Below, piece after piece: positions 1 through 8,501 of a stretch of 53,936 nucleotides of DNA. Positions within the stretch are counted from its first letter, which is position 1; each line of letters begins with the position of its first letter. The position numbers and the translations under genes are program-made. Origin of the DNA: a virus; IMG/VR virus record IMGVR_UViG_3300020123_000246. One strand, 5' to 3'. A model generated the notes under the pieces. That model saw only the letters and a list, made by a program, of their open reading frames with translations. It was not told where the DNA came from and searched no databases.

Positions 1-127
1 AGTCTTGGTGTTGGGCGGCGGCAAGCGATGGTCCAAACCACTCAGGGATTTTGCTAAGCATAGAAGAAAAAGGCCCGGCCTCCTACCGGGCCCGAGAATC
101 TGTTGGCTGGTCGAACTTAGTATGGCG
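1..127. repeat. Terminal direct repeat copy 1 (identical to 53810..53936)
   Basis: Read directly: bases 1-127 (agtcttggtgttgggcggcggcaagcg...cgaacttagtatggcg) are repeated exactly at the other end of the window. Confidence 0.95.
62..92 (-). terminator. Rho-independent terminator ending the 2609->117 leftward operon
   Basis: Minus strand reads GGCCCGG-TAGGAGG-CCGGGCC followed by TTTTTCTTCT; lies just downstream of ORF 117..431; second copy inside the end repeat at 53871..53901. Confidence 0.7.
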
Positions 128-431
128 GCTCGCCGCTGTGACTTTCCTTTTCCCCGTTCTTGGTCGAGTCAGCCTTGACGGTCTTGATCTTCACATGGGC
201 CCGGCCGAGCTTGTACTCGACCTGGCGGTCGGAGTAAAAGTACTTGGTCAGGCCGTGCGCTTCCATGGACTCCATCAGGCGCCGCTCGGTGTCTCCGATC
301 TTTCTGCTGATTTCGGCGCGGTCATCGCGGAAGTCTGTCAGTTTGTCGGCCAGGCGGTCGACATCTTTGAATTTCGGGACCTCGACGCCTTTGCCAGTCA
401 TCGGGATCTCTTCCTGTTTCGGTCGTGGCAT
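117..431 (-). CDS. Hypothetical protein (104 aa)
   Basis: ORF track; last gene before the minus-strand terminator; no recognisable motif. Confidence 0.5.
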   Translation of the reverse strand: MPRPKQEEIPMTGKGVEVPKFKDVDRLADKLTDFRDDRAEISRKIGDTERRLMESMEAHGLTKYFYSDRQVEYKLGRAHVKIKTVKADSTKNGEKESHSGEPPY

Positions 432-458
432 TGCTTTCCTTTCGTTTATGGGTTGCGG

Positions 459-887
459 TTAAAAGAGTGTGTCGTCGCCAAAGTCCCACTTGTCTTTGTG
501 GTCGGTGTAAACCGTGGCGCCGCCCAGATCGTCGAGCAATCCGATTGCTTTCTCGCGAAGCTCCTTGCGGATGCAGAAGGTTTTGTATTCCTCTTGCCAC
601 TGCTCGAGATGGTTTTTCTCGTACTCGTTTTGCTCAGAGGCAGGCTTCTTTATCGCCGCTTCGTAACTCTCAACCGAGGACGGCCGGCGCAGAGGCTTCA
701 ACGCCTCGCAGATCCACCAAAGGTTTTTAGCGGTCTGGTTCGCGGACTCTCCCGGCGCTACCTCCGCGGAAATCTCGATCTTCCTATTCTCGTAATTGCC
801 GAGGTTGTAGAGGCGGGAAACGCTTACATACTTGACGCGGCCGACTTTGGGAGGCTTGGGTTTTCGTTTCAGTTTGGGTGTGCTCAT
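459..887 (-). CDS. Hypothetical protein (142 aa), Lys-rich N-terminus
   Basis: ORF track; 4-nt stop/start overlap with upstream gene 884..1462. Confidence 0.55.
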   Translation of the reverse strand: MSTPKLKRKPKPPKVGRVKYVSVSRLYNLGNYENRKIEISAEVAPGESANQTAKNLWWICEALKPLRRPSSVESYEAAIKKPASEQNEYEKNHLEQWQEEYKTFCIRKELREKAIGLLDDLGGATVYTDHKDKWDFGDDTLF

Positions 888-1462
888 GGTCGGTTTTCTG
901 GTTCGAGGTACTCGAGCCCGACGAATTCAAAGACGTCGCGCTCGCTTGTGGTTTGATGGTGAGGCAGGCCGCGCAAGCTCGATAAGCCTGAGCCGCACGC
1001 CTCGAAAGTCCAGCCGCGGCGCCGAGCGGCCGAGGAGATATTGATATTGTTCTGCTTCCCGCCGGTCCGCATGACGAGCGCATTCCACCAGTTGTCGTGA
1101 GTGGTGGCAAAGAAGTTGATGGCGATATCTGTTTCGCTGTGCACCGCGTACTTGTTTTCCTTCCCCCAAGTCGGAGAGCCAATGACACTGTGTCGGTGGC
1201 GGATTCTCCCATCTGCAATCCATCGGGCGAGCTCTGCATCAACGAGGTCATCCATCGTCGAGGCCTTCGCTGAAAACAGGTCAGAGGTTTTGACCCGGTA
1301 TTTTGGGATGAACAGAACTTCGACGTCCTTTGGAAACGGCCGCCGGCGGCGCACCGAGCCCACGATCTCAATCCGATCAGTGAACGGGCCGAGCTGATAC
1401 CGAATCAGGTTGGCGACCTTGGCAACCTCACTAAGGCTGTGACGTATTGGCATTGCTATCAT
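884..1462 (-). CDS. Minimal family X DNA polymerase-like nucleotidyltransferase (palm+thumb only, 192 aa)
   Basis: Pol beta-type NTase signature VGSVRRRRPFPKDVEVLFIP; third acidic motif ETDIAINF; thumb-like WWNALVMRTGGKQNNINISSAARRRGW; C-terminal SERDVFEFVGLEYLEPENR matching the Pol X end motif. Confidence 0.7.
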   Translation of the reverse strand: MIAMPIRHSLSEVAKVANLIRYQLGPFTDRIEIVGSVRRRRPFPKDVEVLFIPKYRVKTSDLFSAKASTMDDLVDAELARWIADGRIRHRHSVIGSPTWGKENKYAVHSETDIAINFFATTHDNWWNALVMRTGGKQNNINISSAARRRGWTFEACGSGLSSLRGLPHHQTTSERDVFEFVGLEYLEPENRP

Positions 1463-1919
1463 CGGTTTTCTCAGGGATTAGGCCGGCAAATCGGCTGTCA
1501 ACCAGGCGCTCGAAGTAGCTGCGCTTTCCGTCCCAAACGTAGGGTAAAAAGACCTGGCGCCAATCGGCTTGCTGCATCTGGATCATGCTCATTTGAACCT
1601 CGATCCAGTCCTGCATTATCTTCCTGGCGGTTCGCTCGGCTTGCTCTCGGAAGTCTTGTTTCGCACGCGGCCTTCGAGAACTCGTGGATTTTATATAATT
1701 GTTCCAAAGGGCCTCGAGTGCTTTTTCGACGTCCGACGGCACACGAATTGGCCAGGGCGTGCCTCCGCTAAACGAGATGGTAAACGTCAATGCAGTTACG
1801 GTGCCATCCTGGCGGTATTCCTTTTGAATGGCGTGAACCCCGCAACGGATGAGGATCTGCTCAATCTTGTAGATCGTCTGGCTGACGGGCTGATCGGAGG
1901 TGTAATTCTTTAGGAACAT
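1431..1919 (-). CDS. Hypothetical protein (162 aa)
   Basis: ORF track; in-operon position; no motif recognised. Confidence 0.55.
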   Translation of the reverse strand: MFLKNYTSDQPVSQTIYKIEQILIRCGVHAIQKEYRQDGTVTALTFTISFSGGTPWPIRVPSDVEKALEALWNNYIKSTSSRRPRAKQDFREQAERTARKIMQDWIEVQMSMIQMQQADWRQVFLPYVWDGKRSYFERLVDSRFAGLIPEKTDDSNANTSQP

Positions 1920-2131
1920 GCTGCATTGAAGGCGCGTAAGAGCTTCTCAGTCCATTGCTTGCGTCCAAGCTCGAGGTCGGAGATGTACGGACCGCTAAAG
2001 CCCATGATGCGCGCAACCTCGCGAACGCTTTTTCCCGCCTTTTCCCGGCGCTTGCGCTGTTGGGTGCCGATGAAAGTTTGGTCAGGGAGTCGCCCTCGGC
2101 CGTTGCACTTGGGGCATTTGACAAATTGCAT
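1910..2131 (-). CDS. XRE-type HTH regulator with N-terminal CxxC zinc-ribbon-like motif (73 aa)
   Basis: CPKCNGRG then GKSVREVARIMGFSGPYISDLELGRK, a typical XRE helix-turn-helix. Confidence 0.7.
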   Translation of the reverse strand: MQFVKCPKCNGRGRLPDQTFIGTQQRKRREKAGKSVREVARIMGFSGPYISDLELGRKQWTEKLLRAFNAACS

Positions 2132-2165
2132 GTGACGCTGATGTAAGCTGCATTTGTTACGGCTG

Positions 2166-2609
2166 TCAATTATTTAATTTCACCTTGCAGGGGCACCCAT
2201 GAGCTAAAGCGTGGCAGGATGTGCATAAGAGGATGAATCTCTTCGATTTATAATCAGTGTGATGCTTATGAAGTTTCTTAACTTTCTGTTTGCAGTTACT
2301 GCAACGCCCTGGCTTTGCCGATTCGTACTGCGGCAAAATGTACCTTTGCGCTCGCTGTCTCGAAAACCCAAACCTTTTCCCAATTTCCTGATAGGTAAGC
2401 CCCTTGTCTTTCAACTCAGTAATTTTAATCGCCAAAGAAGGATTTCGAAAACCGCGGCGCCCACCTGGCTTAAATGCTGGCATCTTCAAATTCTTGCGCA
2501 CAAACCAGATGCGCCAACTCGAGACTCCGTAATTTTTAAGAGAGGTTTGAATTTGGTAAGGCCGTTTTCCTGACTTAAGGAGATTGGCTATTTTAAAGTT
2601 TAACCACAT
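2166..2609 (-). CDS. HNH endonuclease with two N-terminal HTH-like segments (147 aa)
   Basis: CSNCKQKVKKLHKHHTDYKSKRFILLCTSCHALAH (CxxC...HH...CxxCH..H); KGLTYQEIGKRFGFSRQRAQRYI HTH; visibly AT-richer than flanks. Confidence 0.75.
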   Translation of the reverse strand: MWLNFKIANLLKSGKRPYQIQTSLKNYGVSSWRIWFVRKNLKMPAFKPGGRRGFRNPSLAIKITELKDKGLTYQEIGKRFGFSRQRAQRYILPQYESAKPGRCSNCKQKVKKLHKHHTDYKSKRFILLCTSCHALAHGCPCKVKLNN

Positions 2610-2687
2610 GGCGAGAGCCTATCTCAGAGTGTAAATGGCAACAACTTTTCCTTGTAAAAAAATGCCACCTATGCAGAAATCGGAAGA
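2610..2687. promoter_or_regulatory. Divergent intergenic region between leftward early operon and rightward terminase operon
   Basis: 78-bp AT-rich gap between divergently oriented genes 2166..2609(-) and 2688..4508(+); promoter elements not confidently assignable. Confidence 0.4.
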
Positions 2688-4508
2688 GTGGCTACCAAGA
2701 GAATCTACGGACTAGAATGGCCTGAGTCGACAGACCCCCTCGAAGTCGAGTTTTTCTTCATCAAAGCCGGCGGGTACCATAACGAAAACGGGAAGGTTTA
2801 CGGCCGCGGCAAATTCTACCACACGAAAGCCGCCATCTCCCTGATCTGGCCGGATGACGATCACCACAGATGGAGCGACCTAGCGCTAAAGCGAAAATGC
2901 GAGAACGATATCGTCGTTTACATGGGGTCGAGCGACTCTGGCAAAACCTACTTTAGCGGGCGTTACATTCTGGTCGATTATTGGGCTAGTCCGGACAATA
3001 CCCTCTGGATGGTTTCCTCCACCGAACTGCGCGGCGCCGAGCTGAGGATTTGGGGCAAACTAAAAGAGCTCTTGAACCGGGCTCGCGAGCGCTACCCCTG
3101 GCTGCCGGGCCGGGTGCTCGAGAGCAAAACCTGTATCACGACTCAGGATATCACGTTGGATGGGAGCGAAGCTCGAGTGATGACCAAAGGGATCATCTTC
3201 ATCCCCTGCAAGTCCGGCGAGAATTGGGTAGGCCTGGGAGCTTACGCCGGCATTAAGCCCACCAAAAACGGCCGCCTTCGCCACTGCGGCGATGAAGTTT
3301 CGTTCATGGAGCGCTCGTTTCTACAGGCGTACGCCAACTGGTTTGGAAAACCCAATTTCGAAGGGATTTTGAACGGCAATCCGATTGAGTTGGATGATTG
3401 CCTGTGCGTTGCGGCCGAACCGATGGGAGGATGGGAAACGTGGGAGGATTCGAAGAAAACTCAGGAATGGCGCTCAAAGTGGTATGGCGCCTTGGTGATT
3501 GCCTTTGACGGCCGGGACTCACCTAATTTCGATTTTCCAGCCAACCTGCCCCCGCGGTACGATTACCTTATCAGCCGTAAAAAGACCGATGCGGTTGCCC
3601 GGGCTGAGGGCGAGGAGTCACAGCTCTACTGGATGCAGTGTATCGGCAAGCCGCGCCCAGGTGCTGAGAAATTCAAGATCTTCACCAAACGCGATTGCGA
3701 GCTCGCCGGCGCTTTTGACGATGTTATTTGGGAAGCGGCTCCCACGCTCAAGATCGGCGCGTGCGACGCTGCCTATGGTGGCGAGGGCGGGGACCGGTGC
3801 GTGTTCGAGTACATCGAATGCGGCCGCGCGGTCGGAGGGGCCAACATCATCAAGTTTCACCCGCCGGAAATCGTCCCCATTAATACCGCTCTTGCTGAGA
3901 AACCGGATACTCAGATTGCCCGCTGGTGCAAAAGCCGGTGCGAGGGTTATGGGGTGCCGGCAAATTGCTTTGGTTTTGACGGCCGCTCGACTCTCGCACT
4001 GGCCTTTGCGGCCGTGTGGAGCGCGGAGGTAATCGTTGTCGATTTTAGTGGTCCGCCTTCGGACCGGCCAGTATCCCAGGAGCATTGGATTTACGATGCC
4101 AAAGAGAAAAAGAAGCGGCTCAAACGCTGTAACGAGCACTATTCGAAATTCGTTACCGAGCTTTGGTGGGCCATCCATTACCTCCTGCGCGGCAAGCAAA
4201 TCCGCCATCTATCGCATGAGGTTGCCGATGAGGGCAGCAAACGGATCTGGTACCCAACCAAGGGCGAGCCGATCAAAATCGAGATCGAGAGCAAGCCCGA
4301 GATGAAAAAGCGGGTGCAGCGCTCGCCGGACTTGACGGATGCTCATGTTACCGGCATCGAAGTAGCCCGCCGGCATGGATTTACGATCGACAATATCAAA
4401 GACGCCAGCCTCGTAGAGAAAGAAGATGACTGGCTCAAAGATCAACAGGACCTCCACCGTAGGCGCATGCAAAAGCATGAGCTGAAGTACCGAAATAACT
4501 GGATATGA
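2688..4508 (+). CDS. terL: Terminase large subunit (606 aa, GTG start)
   Basis: Walker A GSSDSGKT, Walker B-like LRHCGDEVSFME, RNaseH-like nuclease motif GACDAAYGGEGGDRCVF; size and position in the packaging/head operon. Confidence 0.85.
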   Translation: MATKRIYGLEWPESTDPLEVEFFFIKAGGYHNENGKVYGRGKFYHTKAAISLIWPDDDHHRWSDLALKRKCENDIVVYMGSSDSGKTYFSGRYILVDYWASPDNTLWMVSSTELRGAELRIWGKLKELLNRARERYPWLPGRVLESKTCITTQDITLDGSEARVMTKGIIFIPCKSGENWVGLGAYAGIKPTKNGRLRHCGDEVSFMERSFLQAYANWFGKPNFEGILNGNPIELDDCLCVAAEPMGGWETWEDSKKTQEWRSKWYGALVIAFDGRDSPNFDFPANLPPRYDYLISRKKTDAVARAEGEESQLYWMQCIGKPRPGAEKFKIFTKRDCELAGAFDDVIWEAAPTLKIGACDAAYGGEGGDRCVFEYIECGRAVGGANIIKFHPPEIVPINTALAEKPDTQIARWCKSRCEGYGVPANCFGFDGRSTLALAFAAVWSAEVIVVDFSGPPSDRPVSQEHWIYDAKEKKKRLKRCNEHYSKFVTELWWAIHYLLRGKQIRHLSHEVADEGSKRIWYPTKGEPIKIEIESKPEMKKRVQRSPDLTDAHVTGIEVARRHGFTIDNIKDASLVEKEDDWLKDQQDLHRRRMQKHELKYRNNWI

Positions 4509-4984
4509 TTACCGAGAGAACTGGCCCGTCTATCAATAAAGGCAGAAGCCGCCAAGACTACGAAACCCCTGTCGATTTTATGCGTGCAGTGGCCGCAAGG
4601 TTTGGCGCACCGGTGCTGGATTTAGCGGCAAGTGATTCGAATGCCAAAGCGCCGATGTGGATTACTGAGGCGCAAGACTCGCTAAAAGTCGCATGGCACG
4701 ATGAAGTCTCAGGTGTGCTTTGGCTCAACCCTCCTTACGGCATTATCGGGCCTTGGGCCAAAAAGTGTTGGGAGGAAAAACAAGAGGGCGCTCGGATTCT
4801 GATGCTCGTACCTGCCAGCGTTGGCTCAAACTGGTTCAAAGACTACGTGCACAATCGGGCACTGGTTTGCTTCCTTTCTCCTCGTATCACGTTCGAGGGA
4901 GCTGATGACCCCTATCCCAAAGACCTTATGCTTTGCTGCTACAATTTTGGAGTAGCCGGTTACGAGTGCTGGCGATGGAAGTGA
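4505..4984 (+). CDS. Phage-type DNA N6-adenine methyltransferase (Dam_N6A family)
   Basis: QDYETPVDFMRAV...LDLAAS..NAK...VLWLNPPYG...ILMLVPAS..SNWF matches the phage N-6-adenine-methyltransferase family; ATGA overlap with terL. Confidence 0.88.
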   Translation: MITERTGPSINKGRSRQDYETPVDFMRAVAARFGAPVLDLAASDSNAKAPMWITEAQDSLKVAWHDEVSGVLWLNPPYGIIGPWAKKCWEEKQEGARILMLVPASVGSNWFKDYVHNRALVCFLSPRITFEGADDPYPKDLMLCCYNFGVAGYECWRWK

Positions 4985-4992
4985 GGCTGCCC

Positions 4993-5676
4993 ATGCAAGT
5001 CTCTATCGCCTGCAAACAGTGCGGGGCTCAGGTAGATTTTGAGCCGGACTCGCCGATACTCAAAATGGCCAATGATTACGGCACGTTCTGCGATGCCTGC
5101 ATGGCCACTCAGACCGCCTCGCCAGTCGAGCCGCATGTTCCCCGGATAATTCTCTACGCTACTATCTGCCCGCCCTGTTTCGAAGATACGCGGATCGCCC
5201 GATTGCCCTGCCAGGCCAAGAGCGAGCAAGCTATCAACTGGCACTACGGGCCCGATGGGCTCAACCTTTGGGGCGAGCCCGGTACCGGAAAGACTCGGAC
5301 CATGGGGATTCTCCTGCAGGGCCTCTTACAGCGCGGTTACAAAGTGGTTGCGTTTGGGCCAGGGGATTTCCGCCGGTTATGCGAGTCCAAAAACCACAAG
5401 CGAGGGGTGTGGCTTGAGCGGCTCTGTCAGGTCGACGTACTTTTCTTCGATGACTTGGACAAAATGAACCTGACCGCGGAGATGGAAAAAGACCTCTTCG
5501 CGGTGCTCACTAAAAGGATGGGACGCAAACCAGTCATGATGACCGGCAACGCTACCGCCAGAGGCATCGAGTACCAATTCCGCCTCGGTGAGGCAATGGT
5601 CCGGCGAGTACGGGACCACTGCCGCTCAATCCATTTCGCAAAAACAGACATAGACAACCAACCAGTAAAACCATGA
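4993..5676 (+). CDS. DnaC/IstB-like AAA+ ATPase with N-terminal Cys motifs
   Basis: Walker A GEPGTGKT, Walker B VLFFDDLDK, sensor MMTGNA; start chosen at ATG 4993 behind GAGG (ATGs at 4933 and 4975 are alternatives). Confidence 0.75.
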   Translation: MQVSIACKQCGAQVDFEPDSPILKMANDYGTFCDACMATQTASPVEPHVPRIILYATICPPCFEDTRIARLPCQAKSEQAINWHYGPDGLNLWGEPGTGKTRTMGILLQGLLQRGYKVVAFGPGDFRRLCESKNHKRGVWLERLCQVDVLFFDDLDKMNLTAEMEKDLFAVLTKRMGRKPVMMTGNATARGIEYQFRLGEAMVRRVRDHCRSIHFAKTDIDNQPVKP

Positions 5677-6149
5677 GGAAGATTGACGTTGGCCAAGGCT
5701 ACCACGCGATAATCGATGACGACGATTTCGAGCGCGTGAGTAAGGTAAAATGGTGGCTTGTTCGCGACCCAAACAACTTCTACGCAAAAAGAAACGTCAA
5801 AATCGATGGGAAGTGGACTACCCAAACGCTTCACTCCTTTATTCTGAATGTTCCAAGGTCGACCCGCATCGACCACAAAGATCACGATGGTCTGAATAAC
5901 CAAAAGTGAAACCTCAGACCTGCTACACAGTCTCAGAACTGCCAAAACCGAATTCGCACTGGCAACCGGTATGGACACAAAGGCGTCTTTCTCGACCCTC
6001 GGCACACACGTCCTTTCGGTGCCAGGATAAGTGCGGGCAGAAAGCGGATTTTACTGGGCTACTTCAGTACGGTAGAACAAGCAGCCAAAGCTTATAACGA
6101 AAAAGCGATTGTGCTTTTTGGAAAATTCGCAAGTCTAAACGGGATATGA
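5673..6149 (+). pseudogene. HNH-AP2 homing endonuclease interrupted by one in-frame TGA (5907-5909)
   Basis: N part ...HSFILNVPRSTRIDHKDHDGLNNQK stops at TGA. The same frame continues NLRPATQSQNCQNR...GYFSTVEQAAKAYNEKAIVLFGKFASLNGI (AP2 domain) to TGA 6147-6149, which overlaps the next ATG. Confidence 0.8.
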
Positions 6150-6829
6150 ATGAACCTTTCAACAGATCACAATTTCCGCCCCAGGGGTGGCAGTTCCTTC
6201 AAGCTCAAACAGGCTGGACTAATCCAATGCCGATGGTGTTCAGTTTCGATCGCACGGTTCAGGAGATCATCAAACACCGGATGGCTAACCCGGCCATTAC
6301 CGCGCAACACCGGCTCTCGATGGATCCGACTGCTGTTGCAACCGAGCTCGAGAATTTCACGCGCGCGCGCCTGGGCATGCCATCTCTAGGAGGAGCCGGC
6401 GCCCCAAAAATGAACCCACAACAGCCCTTGCCTCAAGCTGTTGTGGGGGCCATTGAGGGGCTAAAGCGGACCGCGGCCGGCGCTGGCGCGGTGATTGAAT
6501 GGCTTGGGAGTGGCGGCCAGGCGGTAACGCCAGGACTCTCTACCAAGCGCGCTGAAATCTGCTCGACTTGCCCGCGCAACCAGCCAGGCAACCTCTCTCA
6601 GTGGTTTGTCAAAAAAGCCTCGGAGCTGATTCAGCAGGAGCTGTCGCGACGGCTGGATTTGCAGCTATCAACGGCTTTCGATGACAAGCTCGGTGTGTGT
6701 ACGGCTTGCCTGTGTCCCATGAAACTGAAAGTTCACACCCCGCTGGATATCATCGAAAAGAAGATGCTACCCCAGGTGCTCGCCGATCTTGACCCTCGTT
6801 GTTGGATTCTCAAAAAAGACGTCATTTGA
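6146..6829 (+). CDS. Hypothetical Cys-motif protein (227 aa)
   Basis: ORF track; CSTCPRN ... CTACLCP motifs; first gene of the modification island. Confidence 0.6.
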   Translation: MNEPFNRSQFPPQGWQFLQAQTGWTNPMPMVFSFDRTVQEIIKHRMANPAITAQHRLSMDPTAVATELENFTRARLGMPSLGGAGAPKMNPQQPLPQAVVGAIEGLKRTAAGAGAVIEWLGSGGQAVTPGLSTKRAEICSTCPRNQPGNLSQWFVKKASELIQQELSRRLDLQLSTAFDDKLGVCTACLCPMKLKVHTPLDIIEKKMLPQVLADLDPRCWILKKDVI

Positions 6830-7545
6830 AGATCCTCCTCTGTTATATCACAGTCACCGGCGGCGCCAAAACGCTCGAGTACGCTCACCGGTTTGCCTGC
6901 ACGTACAGCCAGCACCCCCCGGGCTATCCGCACGATCAGGTAGTGGTGTGCAATGGGGGTCGACCGGCGCCGGAAATGGAATTCATGTACGGGATCCTCA
7001 ACAATGGTGCACGAATGCTGGTGAGAGAGAACGATGGCGGTTGGGACATTTCGGCGTACATCGAAGTGGCCAGGGACCTAGGCCAAGATTACGATCTAAT
7101 GCTCTGCCTCGGAGAGTCGATTCATTTCCATCGGTTCGGCTGGCTCCTCAGGCTAGTGGAGGCCTACCGGACGCACGGACCGGGCATGTATGGAGCATTC
7201 GCCAGCAACACTGTGCGGGCCCACATCAATACCACTGGCTTTGCCATCTCCCCGAGGTTTCTGGCCGAGTGGCCAACACCGGTTACCAACCGGCAGGAGC
7301 GCTACGATTTCGAGCACGGCGAGAATTCGATTTGGCGCCGGACTCAAGCCGAGGGTTTTCCAACGATGCTCGTTACCTGGGACGGCTTCTGGCACCCTCA
7401 GGCCTGGCGGGTACCGGCAAACATTCTCTGGCGAGGCAATCAGACCAACTGCCTCATGTACTGCAGTCATACCGATAACTGGTTTGCGGCCGATAAAGAA
7501 CGGCGAGCTCGCTGGCTGCGCATGGCGGACGCTCCTTTCCGATGA
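6826..7545 (+). CDS. Glycosyltransferase-like protein, paralog 1 of 3 (RgpF-like motifs)
   Basis: Aligns by eye with 8498..9160 and 10459..11178 (VVCNGG, NDGGWDISAY, FHRFGWLLRLVEA..THGPGMYG, HINTTGF, FEHGENS, VTWDG). Probable TTG start at 6826 in a TTGA overlap, matching the paralog N-termini (track ATG at 6799). Confidence 0.65.
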   Translation: MKILLCYITVTGGAKTLEYAHRFACTYSQHPPGYPHDQVVVCNGGRPAPEMEFMYGILNNGARMLVRENDGGWDISAYIEVARDLGQDYDLMLCLGESIHFHRFGWLLRLVEAYRTHGPGMYGAFASNTVRAHINTTGFAISPRFLAEWPTPVTNRQERYDFEHGENSIWRRTQAEGFPTMLVTWDGFWHPQAWRVPANILWRGNQTNCLMYCSHTDNWFAADKERRARWLRMADAPFR

Positions 7546-8501
7546 AGTACGCAACCGTATGCAGTGGTATCGGTGCGCCTGAATGCGCCTGGCAATCTCT
7601 TGGTTGGCAGTGCCAGTTTGCCGCCGAGATTGAGCCTTTCCCTTCTACCGTTCACGCCCATCACTTCCCAGAAGTCCCCAATTATGGCGACATTACGAAA
7701 TTCAAAGAATGGCCACAGCACACAATCGATGTTCTTGTTGGAGGGACGCCATGCCAAAGCTTCTCCGTCGCAGGGCTTAGAAAAGGACTGGCTGACCCGC
7801 GTGGCAACCTCATGCTCACCTTTCTGGCCATCGTTGGCCGCTATGCTCCCGCCTGGGTCGTTTGGGAAAATGTCCCCGGCGTGCTGTCCATCGACAACGG
7901 ACGGGCTTTTGGAGCCTTCCTCGGAGGGCTGGCGCAACTCGGGTATGGGTTCGCCTACCGAGTTCTGGACGCTCAATTCTTCGGAGTGGCCCAAAGACGC
8001 CGCCGTGTGTTCGTTATCGGATGTGCTGGAGGACAATGGCAGCGTGCCGCAGCGGTTCTATTTGAGCGCGAAAGCCTGTGCGGGAATCCTGCGCCGAGCC
8101 GAGAAGCGGGGAAAAGAATTGCCCCAACACTTGAAAGTCGCGCTAATGCAGGTGGCTCAGGATGGGGGACAGATTTCCTAGCCGGTGGCGGCATGACAGC
8201 CCATAGCCTTCGCGCTGATGGATTCGACGCGAGCGAGGATGGAACGGGGCGGGGCGTGCCGCTTGTTACTGGTCCGATTGCGGGTTGCTCTAATGGTGGC
8301 GGGGCAAACGGCCCTGTGCGCCGATTAACCCCAACCGAGTGCGAAAGACTCCAAGGCTTCCCGGATGGATGGACGGCGATCCAATACCGAGGCAAACCGG
8401 CTGCTGATGGGCCGCGCTATGAGGCTCTCGGAAATTCAATGGCGGTGCCGGTGTTGCGGTGGATTGGGCAGCGCATTCAAATGGTGACAGACCTCGCATG
8501 A
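7542..8501 (+). CDS. dcm: DNA (cytosine-5)-methyltransferase
   Basis: Motif I CSGIG, IV GGTPCQSFS, VI WENVPG, VIII QRRRRVF, X GNSMAVPV. Confidence 0.95.
   Translation: MKYATVCSGIGAPECAWQSLGWQCQFAAEIEPFPSTVHAHHFPEVPNYGDITKFKEWPQHTIDVLVGGTPCQSFSVAGLRKGLADPRGNLMLTFLAIVGRYAPAWVVWENVPGVLSIDNGRAFGAFLGGLAQLGYGFAYRVLDAQFFGVAQRRRRVFVIGCAGGQWQRAAAVLFERESLCGNPAPSREAGKRIAPTLESRANAGGSGWGTDFLAGGGMTAHSLRADGFDASEDGTGRGVPLVTGPIAGCSNGGGANGPVRRLTPTECERLQGFPDGWTAIQYRGKPAADGPRYEALGNSMAVPVLRWIGQRIQMVTDLA

Noticed and set aside
51-956. 301-aa plus-strand ORF at the left end
   Set aside because: It lies antisense to three well-packed minus-strand genes (117-431, 459-887, 884-1462) and has an R/L/G/V-rich composition typical of the reverse frame of GC-rich genes. 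It has no motif and no coupling to neighbours.
5907-5909. Genome-wide TGA reassignment (genetic code 4 or 25) as the explanation for the in-frame TGA
   Set aside because: TGA terminates many well-supported genes here, precisely at ATGA/GTGA/TTGA coupling junctions (for example terL, dcm, the Dam-like gene and the paralogs). The genome is also GC-rich, unlike known TGA-recoded lineages.
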